From positions 1,674,001 through 1,738,000 of the forward strand of contig CM039006.1 in assembly GCA_017499595.2 (NCBI GenBank): a stretch of 64,000 bases of DNA. The letters run 5' to 3'. The notes under the pieces were generated by a model, which did not search any database, was not told the origin of the DNA, and worked only from the letters and a program-made list of their open reading frames with translations. Made by a program: the position numbers and the translations under genes. Origin of the DNA: Psilocybe cubensis (taxonomy: Eukaryota). Shown here one piece after another: positions 28,952 to 39,267 of this stretch (position 1 is its first letter; every line of letters starts with the position of its first letter).

Positions 28952-29897
28952 CTATTTGATCCATATATTTCTGTTTGCTTCGAAATACTCCTTCAACGTG
29001 TGTTTGCCCACGTACTTGCGATCCTCACTCTCATCTAATATTTTTTCCTCTGCTCCCGATGCGATCAAGTGTTCGACATGTGCCAGGTGTCTGGCATACT
29101 CAGGCGCCAAAAAATATCCGAAGATTTGGGTTTGTTGCTCGACTGTGTGTCGTTTGTGAACGATCTCTCTCCCTAGGACAGAAGAAAGGAGCTTGGCTGC
29201 CTGTTATAAATACGTGAGTTATAGAAGACCATATTCTAAGCGTGAATTACCTCGTCATATGAGTATAGCTCTGGCCCAACCAAGAAGTAATCTTTGTTAG
29301 GGGACCTTTCAGCAGTAAAGGCATCAAAAGCGGCTTGGGCTATATCTTCTGCTGATACAAAAGGTACGCGCCCATCTTCTGCACAAGAAAATATTTCATT
29401 CTTCTCTCTGATGCTCATATAGAACGTGGTAGAGAAATTTTCTAAGATCTCTCGTTATTGAATTTGCAGAACGCTTAGGAGGGTTTGTGCCACTTACCGA
29501 TAAACCAAGTCGGTCTGAGAATCGTATAGTCGACTTTCAAGTTCAACAGACATTGATGTATTGTGCCCAATGGAATATCCCCAGGTTCAGATTGTGTGCT
29601 TGTGATAGCTACAAATCGTTTAACCCCCTGAGACACAGCGAGTTCTAGGAATGGTTCTACATGGCGAATGGCATCGTAGGCCGACGGTGCGACAATAAAG
29701 AGTTTATCGATGGTGGTACCGGTCTGGAAAGCGTTTTTGAAAGTTGCGGGATTGAACCAATCAAACTCAACAGCTTGGAATGGTTCTGGTGCTTTCCCCG
29801 AGCGAGAAGCAACAAGGACTGGTTGCCCCGCTTGGTGGAGTAGTTTGGCAAGGGCGAGCCCAGTTTTCCCGGTTCCACCAGTAATGAATGTTGCCAT
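28952..29897 (-). CDS. NmrA-like/EasG-like protein, copy 2
   Basis: MATFITGGTGKTG, LRPTWFI|ENF, GRVPFVSAEDIA, GPELYSYDE; same two introns as copy 1. Confidence 0.88.
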
Positions 29898-31602
29898 TTC
29901 GACAATCCTTTCGATGGATAGATTCAGTGTGATTTATAGTTACCTGTGTACGACAGTGTACGGAGAATATTCGAAGAATTTGCAATAACTCATCGACGTA
30001 GGATTACGAGTCTTTACGTAAGTAAAGATGAGTTCTTTTATCCCCACAACCCAGCGAGCAAAAATGTCCTCGCCAATTGTCCCCATCAAAATATTATTGA
30101 TGCGATCAATGTCGTTACCGCTATCGGTATTTTCCTTAAGCGGTCACCGGACCCCCTAAGCAACCCCTTTCCAATTCATTCTGAGACTTCTTTTTACCAT
30201 TGGTTACTTTAAAGGTTGTTTTTGATTTGTTTTGATCGCAATGTGAATGTGCGTTTCCATAAAATTAATTATACCCAACAACAATAGTCCTACTCAATTC
30301 ACTTTTTTGCGTTGTTGTTTAATTTTTAAAACCATGTGGAACCATCTAGCCAACGTGCTTATATATTGTACTAATACTTAGAGATGGAACAAATGCACTC
30401 TTTGAACTATGGGTCTGAAAGGTTGGAAATAGAACTGTGCAGGCACACACGTTCCTTAATATCGGTAGCTTCATCAATCAGAGTTCAAATAGAAATAATT
30501 ACGCGTTCTTGGGTTCTGGGCGTTCTGTACTATTTGAATTTGATTTTCTGATTCATGATCGTTTCTCACGCATACCAATTTGTTCTTCCCCTATGTCGGG
30601 CGTCTATCGGCTTACGGTTAATATATTTATTGACGTAGTATAGACAATGCACTTTTCTCCGCACTGTTTTACCCATGGCTTCCGCGTTATCCCCCCGTTT
30701 CCAACAGTATGTTCACTGTTTTATCTCATTTGGTTATTACTTATTTTTTAGAGTCTTTCCGCCTCCCATGGACGATATGTACATGGATCAGATGGATCTG
30801 AAAACCCTCTACCATTTCTCTTGAACTTGCAAGAAGCTAAACGACCGCGTTTTGGGCTATATGTGCCGCGCCTTCCGTCCCAAAAATTTATTTGCTCCTA
30901 TCTTCAAACCCAATGAACATTTGCTGTTTTGTCTTCTCCAGTTCAAGACTGGCCTGGTTATTTCAGGTTCCACCGTTTTGCATTTTACTTGTTTTAGTGG
31001 TCCAACGCAAAGCGTGGCATGACAAGACTTTACATCTCACAATTGTATAAAATATTTTTTAATCTAGATTTATATAACATAGTTAATATATATTAATATG
31101 TTCTGAATGCACAGCTAGATACTGGGCAAGGTTATGATTAATTACTATGACTTAGGTCTACTACAAGCTTAGTTGTGTCAGACACAAAAAATAGCTGCAC
31201 AGGTTATAAGGCCTAATTGTAAGGAAGAACTTGTCTATTATAATTTTCATACCTGCTAAATATTGAAGAATTCCAGATCTGCTGGGAGAATCCCGTATGG
31301 AAAACTGATGGAAGAATGCTCATGTGTATGGCTGCCCAAGTGGGGACATATTTCCCATAAATATAATTTTCTTATTTTTGAAAAGTGCATCAAGAGTGAA
31401 ACAATATTGTGTGCAAAAACATTTGTTTGGTGCGCATATTTCTTTTTGGCATAGTTTGATGTTGCTGTGAACACAATTGGCTGTGTGGAAACATATTTCA
31501 AGCATAATTTGCAAGTGTTAGTGCATTATTTCTTCCCCAAAATACATTCAATGCATGGAAAACATTATTCAAAATGACCATCTCTTGACCAAAGTGGCCA
31601 GT

Positions 31603-32054
31603 GCTCAATGCAAATTGAGTGTAGTGACCGTGGGAATATCCTGCGTACAGTGTGCGCAGGATATTCCCACGACCTGCTTATTAATTCACGGCCAGTACAA
31701 ACACCACAGCAAGTAAAATATAATAAGATCATCTAAACTAGGACTGAAAATAATTATTATTGCCAAAAATACTTGTATTTTACCTAAAGTATATGCAATG
31801 CATCTCAGTAATATATCAGGAATTACCAGAGAAGTTCAAGTTGCTCAATGCAAAGTGCGGCAACCGTGAGAATAACTTGCATACACTATATGCAAGTTAT
31901 TTCCACAGTCTGCTTATTAATTCATGGCCAGTATGAACAGCACAACAAGTTTAATATGACAAGTTATTTGAAGTGGCATTAAAGATAATAGCTAGATACA
32001 TAATGTTTATTATTCTTTATTCTATGCCACCACAGTCTGCTAGTCATTCATGCT
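31603..32054. repeat. Degenerate ~237-bp tandem duplication, each unit containing a 43-bp palindrome
   Basis: TGCTCAATGCAAA...palindrome...CTGCTTATTAATTCA(C/T)GGCCAGTA at ~31603 and ~31842; partial third copy near 32030. Confidence 0.75.
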
Positions 32055-32519
32055 AAATTTTTTTTGATAACAATAAAGCATTCTATTTACCTCTACTTGC
32101 CGTTAGAGGTGTATAAAGCATGCAAAACAGTTGGTATGTAATTGATTGTGACTAATTAATGGCCTTAAATCAGTTGAATGAGGTCATTATTATAAAATTT
32201 TTGGTTATGAGCGATAATTATCTGCGTCAAAATGTTTAACTTGCAATTAAAAAGTCATAATGTAATGGTATCTAATTTTGTTTTCTACCATATGGCAGCT
32301 AACCTATCTACCTAGCTAATATCTAGTATTTTAATTTCCATATTCCCTTGGTAGGAACAAAAACTAACAGAAATTCTATGATAGTAACCGATTATTAAGT
32401 CAAGCATACCGGTTAAGTAAAAAACCGGTATTAATCACGCAATTTTGATGGCATCAATGATTTACTGATGGGGACAATTGACAAGGACATATTTTTGTAC
32501 AGTGGGTTGTGGGGATAAA

Positions 32520-33185
32520 CACTGCGGGTGCCGACTGCTGTAAGTTAAACATACAGCAATAAACTTACATGTCTTATGTAAGTTTAGGTGTATGTTCAAC
32601 TTACAGCACATGTGTCGGGGAAACAAACCTTTAACAAAGACATGTTGTATTTGGTGGCTGTATGCCGGCCAAACACAATTGCTGTAAGTAGACTGTAAAT
32701 AGAATAAACACCTATATTACACAAATTCTGTTTGTCCGGTGTTAGTAAAACATACACATTTTCTTTAAGTAATAGAAACAGCACTTACTGTAAATAAAAA
32801 TTACACACAAAGAACACTATTTGTGTATGTCAGACTTACACCATTAAATGAATTGAAAAACTTGTGTAAGTATAACATACACAAATTGTGTTCTTTGTGT
32901 GTAATTTTTACTTACAGTAAGTGCTGTTTCTATTACTTAAAGAAAATGTGTATGTTTTACTAACACCGGACAAACAGAATTTGTGTAATATAGGTGTTTA
33001 TTCTATTTACAGTCTACTTACAGCAATTGTGTTTGGCCGGCATACAGCCACCAAATACAACATGTCTTTGTTAAAGGTTTGTTTTTCATACACATGTGCT
33101 GTATGTTGAACTTACAGCGAAACTTACATAAGACATGTAAGTTTTCTGCTGTATGTTTAACTTACAGCGGTCGGTGCCCGCAGTG
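32520..33185. mobile_element. Foldback MITE with CACTG termini (CMC/EnSpm-like), 3-bp AAA TSD
   Basis: CACTGCGGG...CCCGCAGTG ends; arms of ~320 bp around a ~22-bp spacer. The uninterrupted homologous site at ~30030 has a 4-base T run versus 3+4 A here, which gives a 3-bp TSD. Confidence 0.88.
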
Positions 33186-34395
33186 AAAAGAACTTGCTTT
33201 ACTTACATAAAGTTTCGTAATCAATCGTGCTAATATATGGATTCCGGGTGACATGGACATGTATGTCGAGCACAGATATGCTCTTTCCGTTCTTTCCTGG
33301 ATGATGTCCATTGGATTTACTATCATGCCGCATCCCAAATATCCGGACAACACCACAGCGGAAAAAATTTTGAAAATGGAAAAAATCGTCCTTCAGAAAC
33401 ATCCTCTTCATCGACATTACAATACCACTGGAGTGGTCGTTAACCTATGGTGCCAAGGTTCTTTTGTCCAACTGATTACGACTTGTCAATCGGTGGTAGA
33501 GTGCATTTTGGGGTATCATAGCAGTATGTCCCCAATGTCATGTGTCAAAACAATGTTAACTTCAATTTTGTTCTACTGCAGCCGGCGTCATGAATTTTGT
33601 TACCTTTGAGAAGGTGTACAGCTTGTATCCAAATGCTACCTTTGGATATCAAGTCTCTCTGTTGCAACCTTCTGCCGACCTCAAGCGCACGCAAAAATTT
33701 CTTGCAAAATATCATTCCCGTGGCTTGAAATTTGTTCTTTCCATTCCATCGCAAACTTTGAAAATGAACCGCCATATCCAAAGCAGGATACAGTCTATCA
33801 GGGACAACGTAAATGTTGGGTATAGTTCATCTCGTGGTCATGTTCTTGTTGTGCTGGATTACGATCCTTATCTAGAGTTGTTCTCTCCTGGGATTAGACG
33901 GGTTGGCGACAGGCATTGTTGGGTTTATTCTTTGCCTCTTTTACCCAAAGCAAATCAGACTTCCTTTGTTGAAGCCAATTCATGGGCATTGTTGCTCAAT
34001 GAATTTGATTGTTTGCATTTTGGTGTCCGTCGCATCAGCGGTATCGCATTAGATTTTCACTACACAGCGGCAGATGTTTACCAATTACACAAGCGTGTCA
34101 AAAAAGCTATCAAATCCTGGGAAAGGGGTATAAGGTGTGTGCTCTTTAGTTTTAGTATTTGTCAATTTAATTCCTGTAATGTAGGCAAAAAGATGACTGT
34201 GTACATGCAACTGTTTTGTATTTGCTATCCAGAAAGGCAGATATTTTTTGGTTGCATCGCCCTCAACCACAAAGCCTCTTGTGGAATGGATATTTGTAAT
34301 TTCTTCTATCCTTAGTCAAATTTTTGTTCGAAATAAACTTGTGTTCTCGTCCTCATTCTTTTTGTCTTAATTTGTAAGTTTGACTTGCGGATGAG

Positions 34396-34577
34396 CGTGG
34401 GAATATCCTGCGTGCAGTGTACGCAGAATATTCCCACGGTCAACCTCTCCCGATATTCAGCCGAGTGTGGGAATATTCTGCGTACAGTGTACGTAGAATT
34501 CTCCCACGGACTTCCTCGCCGATATTCAGCCGAGTGTGGGAATATTCTGCGTACAGTGTACGCAGGATTCTCCCATG
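34396..34577. repeat. Three tandem 43-bp palindromes, period 69-70 bp
   Basis: GTGGGAATAT(C/T)CTGCGT(A/G)CAGTGTACG(C/T)AG..T..CCCA(C/T)G three times, with near-identical linkers ending CCGATATTCAGCCGAG. Confidence 0.9.
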
Positions 34578-34721
34578 GGGTGCCAACTAACACCTTCAGA
34601 TAATTTCTGTCATGAAAATGACTTGACAAATTATTCCTTGTTATTTACAATGTTCACACAAATGGATTGATTATTTGTTCAGCACATTTATGATATCCTT
34701 GTCTTTCTATGTACATATGTA

Positions 34722-35696
34722 TTAATCTTGGGACATAGTATTGCTATTGTGGACTGTGTCCTCATTTAAGCGCATATGTGCCATCCTCTGTTGCGTGTCT
34801 TCAATGTCAATCTGACCTTTGTACAGCTGCCTCTTTGTCCTACACAAAACAGCAACCTGTCTTTTCGCTGGAGTATAGCGTGACCGCATTCTGAGAATAT
34901 CAGCTTTCTGTTGGAAGTTATGAATGGCTATGAGACTGTTCAATGTAACATTGCTTACCTCTCTTGCCTCCTGGTCCAAGACAAGTATTCCGCAAAGAGC
35001 GACAACAAATTTGTACTTGTTTCCTTGGGCAGGAAATGCGACAAAGGCAACACTGATCTCGACAATGTCTCCAATTCGTATGGAGGCAGGATTATAAGAA
35101 TAATATCTGTTGCAACATGATATTAGTTTGGTTGTGATGTGTTGTTGGTATTTTCTAAACATACCTGGCTGTTCCGTCAGGAAGTATCTCCCGACAAAGA
35201 AACTGTACCTTGTTATCGATTGCGTGGATGAAACTGTCCCCTACCATGGATGCCAACACGTTATCAGGGTCGACCAGGGGATGAAAACCTATGTTGTCAG
35301 ATTTGTCTTGATATGCGGATACCTTCGTGAAATATTGGCTATGCGCATGGAAAACATTGAAACCCGTGTCTTTGTAAAGAACTGGGTCATAGCCGCTGAC
35401 GCTGTCCGCGGGAAAATTGTTTGCAAAACGGAGGAAAACTTCTTCTAGCTTTTCCATCACCTTATTGAACACAATGTCTCCGAGTCCCGTGATAGCAATG
35501 GTGGTACGTAAATATGGTTGTTGCTTGACCGTTCTGTCGCGGCTGTAACAGTCCTCATTTGTAATTAATTCACCTCAATGGAGTGGACGTACGAAGCAGG
35601 CTTTGCCATTGGTGGTAGCATCTTGTCGCTAACTATGCCTTGGAGTCTGAATATCACTTCGTCCATTGCACCAATATCCACGTCAAAGTTGGACAT
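34722..35696 (-). CDS. Element-borne hypothetical protein (second cargo gene; may be 5'-truncated)
   Basis: Four exons splice in frame: MSNFDVDIGAMDEVIFRLQGIVSDKMLPP...VDPDNVL...HAIDNKVQF...PASIRIGDIVEISVAFV. Confidence 0.7.
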
Positions 35697-36202
35697 ATTT
35701 ATATTATATTATATATATATTATATTATTACAAAGCGTGACGCTGAATCGTAAAGACTCGTCATGCCACGCTCCGCGGTGGCCCACTAAAACAAGTGTAC
35801 GATTTAAATAGGGGGAGCCATCCGGATGTTGATATGCGGACAAGCCTACCGCGCCTTGCTCTCATTGGTTGAAAGCGATTTGTCAGCAGCATTTTCGTAA
35901 TAAGCCAACCCAAAACCGCACAGCGCAACGGCAAACATCCATAACATCCATTAACTCTCGTCAAGAACACCGGTTCAATGTGTACGGTGAGTATGGAGCT
36001 CATGAATATCGCTTTATGTCAGCATCCTAAGTGGAGGATGACGCTGGATGACTTTGGGAAAGTGCTCGATTGCTATGATACTCGACATTGACATATAAAT
36101 ATACCAGAAGAAACGAATTACTGGGAGTGAATACCGATGGGTCACAAAGTCCAAACACGAGATTGTAAAATGGAATGATATCTTCGGGATAGAGAAAAAG
36201 AA

Positions 36203-37691
36203 TCACGCTACATGGGCAACCTGGGCATGTTTTGCAATCTCGGCGTAGCTGTGTTCGTCGCGGTGCTCATGGTGGGCAATGCCTTCAGCATGGAGGCTTC
36301 CGTGAGATTCATGGTGAGCAGCGTGGAGACTTCCATGAGATTCGTGGTGAGCAGCATGGCCGTTTGAACCCGCTCTATATGAATATCCGTTACCAACGGT
36401 AGCAGAGCTGAATTGACCACGACCGTATAGGTGGAGAGACTCAGCCGCTGTAATTGACGCGCTTGCGCTTGCGTGACCAACAACACCAGACACCAGTGCT
36501 TCCATCTGGGCAGAGACGTGCTTCATAGCGGAGGCAGTAATGGCCGTTATGGCTGTCTCCATTGCGATGGTGAGCATCTTGTGCATTTCGACGGTGACGT
36601 GTTCGACAGTGGATTCGGCAATGCTAACAAGGGTCTCTCGCATGACGGGGTGACTGGCGAAGACGCTGAGATCAGGCTCGGCGATGACCTTAAACTTCAT
36701 CCAAGGGACTTCGCTGAGCATGACCGAAAGCTTTTTGTTGAGTTCGACGACGGTGAGAACACCATTGGCGTTTCGGAGTCGGGTGCGAAGGTCCAGGCGA
36801 GCAATCCTGTATTGGTCGCCTTTGTGGACTTTGTATTTGACGACCAAAAAGAATCCGTCGATGGCGTAATCGAAGCAGTGGGAACTGAATCCTTGGGCAT
36901 CCCACTGGAGATGTCCATCAGAGAATCCGATAACTGTATCGAGGTCGATACTGGAGTGGACAACCGTGCCATCGATACGATGACACTCGGCATGAAGGAA
37001 AGTACCCTTTAGCTCGAACTTGGCACAAGTTTCCTCAATTAACAAAATTTGGCTCTCGCTAAGGAAAAACATGAGAAAGATACTTCAACCCCTTTTTAAT
37101 AGTGGGCGCTTACCTTCGGAATTTTGTAGATGAGAATGTACTGTAAGAAGAAGAAGACTTCGTCTCTTTAACAGACGTGGTGGAGACTGTAGTCGAGGTC
37201 GAAGTAGCAGAAGCGGCAGAGAACATGCTACTGCCACTCGCAGCGCTGGCGACACTAGAAACGCTGGCTTCAGATATACCTCGAGATAATTCCGGCGGCG
37301 CCAGATGTTTTCCGGCGCTAACATGCTCGAAGGTTAGTCTGTTACGTAGAATTTATGCAAAATATACTCACGGATCAAGTGCATGAGATTTAGGGATGAC
37401 AGCCAAGATACCGTCTTGATTTTGAATGTAAAGATTGAGATCAAGCTTGCTTTCTACCATTTTCCCGCCGAACTTCAGTTTAGCTGAGAGGACGCCATTA
37501 TCAATGTGGACGTCTTCAGCATGGTGGCTGAAGCCTCGGCCTCCCCATGTGAGTTTGCCTTCGGTGTTTCCAATGTAGTCATTGAGTGAGATTGAAGAAT
37601 GGATGGTGGTCTTCTTGTCGGCCTTTTTGCAATCAGCAGAAAGAACACCTTTGGTGATGGTGATTTTCTCGCATGTCTCGGAAAATATCAT
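36203..37691 (-). CDS. Tandem cyanovirin-N homolog (CVNH) lectin-domain protein with helical region and His-rich tail
   Basis: FSETCEKI...LSADC...SSISLNDYIGNTEGKLTWGGRGFS...LDLNLYIQNQDG and a second copy SSIDLDTVIGFSDGHLQWDAQGFS...LDLRTRLRNANG; no signal peptide. Confidence 0.88.
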
Positions 37692-39267
37692 TGTGCCTGA
37701 AAAATTGAATGGATAATCTGAAAGTTGAGAAAGATATAAACTACGTACCTGGAACGTAGTAGGATAAGAGTATAGAATAAAGATTTTTCAAAGGGCGGAC
37801 GCGGAAAGGAAAGCTAAAACGTGTTACCTTGTTAGTTAGGAAAAGATGGAGTTTATATACTTACTACCGTGCCGAAATCTAAGATCCAAGGGTCGTCTTG
37901 AGAACAAAACACGGAGGTTCAGAGGCCGGAGAGGACAGTTTGCTAGGTTCACTAATACTCACTATGGTCACTTAAACAGGACTTGCGACTGAATGGATAG
38001 TTATCAGTCGTTCAAACCTTAAACAAAGAACAAAAATAGCCAGAGCTCGACACGACGGCGCGCCATTATAGGGTTCCGTGATTTAATTAATTCCTATGTT
38101 TCCATATTGAGGACAGGCCCCAAACAACACCGGATACAAAGCAAGAAGCCAAGATAGCGTGTGAGTCACTGGTCCAGAAAATATCCTCATATCAAGCTTT
38201 CGACGTACTGAATTTGAGACGCAAAATCTCCCCTAAAGTTAAAGCTCGTTGTACTTCATGACTGCACTGTACATTGCCCGAGATCAGGATTGCAACCTAG
38301 ACTAGGTAATGTCTTGGGAATGCGCCAGTTAGGTCTGAACTACTGAAGATCTGAAGGCCTACAGGTACCATGTCGGAGACGATCAGGCTATCATCATGGA
38401 AAAATACGCGTCGGTCAGGAATGTTGTCCGGTGTAAGTTGTCTGATTGAATTTGTGTATACGTCTAGTCAGATGGAAGAATAGCACAGAAGACGAGTAAC
38501 AACAAAAGGTCAAGATACAGGAGATATTATAGGCCCGCAAGGCATATATTTGTTTGTCCGAGGCTTTTTACACGATGCCTATTATTAATATACCCTTCTC
38601 ACTGGCGCTGTCTTAATTGACAGATCTCCCTTCACCCGCAGAGTGAATATACCGGAGACAATCCTCGACAAACACAGATTGAACAACAATCACTGTGCGT
38701 CTCCAGATTCAAAGTTATCTATTGGCCCAATTGTAGTGCCCCCTGGGCCCATTTCGTAAATTTCCACTCAAACTTTGCGCTCTTAATTATATAGGCGCCC
38801 TTCAAAACTTCTCTGGGACAACATCCAAGATGGTACGGATGGCTGTAATACCGTCAGAGAGTTTCAACTTTGGAACGAGTCTATGTGACTTCTTGCTATT
38901 CTTATATCTCAAAGCAACTTTGTTATATCTGGAACAGCTTTGCACAAAAGTCTTTTGTGCTTGACAATGGCTATGTAATTTATGCGAGCAAGTGAATCAA
39001 ACTAGCGCCGGTTGGTAACTTTTACATTGTTTTTATTCGGTGTAGATTTAGTAGGTCCTTATAAGTCATAAATAATGCTCAGCACGGGCCTGAAATATTT
39101 CCCACTTGCGCAAATATTTCAGGACAGTGAACACTCCAAATATGGTTAGTGGAAATGGTTATCGGAAGCTGTCGCATCAGATAGGCAACGGTGTGTGCCC
39201 TTCCTGCATAGATTACATTCACAAGAATGGGACATAGGGAATATGAAATGTGCAACAAACGCTCATG

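Larger units (their letters stand above)
30988..33220 (-). mobile_element. Nested non-autonomous Helitron-like element of the same family, inverted
   Basis: The minus strand starts TTACGAAAC and ends hairpin + CCACTAAAACAAG. Inserted between A and T, and its removal restores the cargo reading frame. AT-rich, no credible ORF. Confidence 0.82.
30675..34299 (+). pseudogene. Element-borne gene with F-box-like N-terminus and nucleotidyltransferase-like motif, disrupted
   Basis: Removing 30988-33220 joins GLVISGSTVLHF to INRANIWIPGDMDMYVE in frame. An additional TGA lies at 30822-30824. GT-AG introns present. Confidence 0.75.
30004..35795 (+). mobile_element. Non-autonomous Helitron-like element with two cargo genes (outer element)
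   Basis: Starts TTACGAG after an A and ends with hairpin GCCACGC-TCC-GCGGTGGC followed by CCACTAAAACAAG before a T; no TSD. Both ends are homologous to the two ends of the nested element at 30988-33220. Confidence 0.75.

Noticed and set aside
27449-29897. Ergot alkaloid cluster
   Set aside because: Only EasG-like homologs are present; no dmaW, easF, easC, easE or easD equivalents are visible in the window.
32596-33109. Twin 62-aa ORFs on opposite strands (and the 78-aa ORF at 41472-41708)
   Set aside because: By-products of the MITE inverted repeat; no recognisable protein features.
34396-34577. CRISPR-like array of palindromic repeats
   Set aside because: The linkers are near-identical rather than unique spacers, the context is eukaryotic, and no cas genes are present; it is a tandem repeat.
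35696-35795. Separate 100-bp mini-insertion splitting a longer minus-strand ORF (35761..36003)
   Set aside because: Removing it does give an in-frame join, but it lacks the family 5' end, whereas 30004 supplies one. The simpler reading is that this is the 3' end of the outer element. Not fully excluded.
36473-37012. 179-aa antisense ORF
   Set aside because: Shadow of the codon-biased CVNH gene on the opposite strand.
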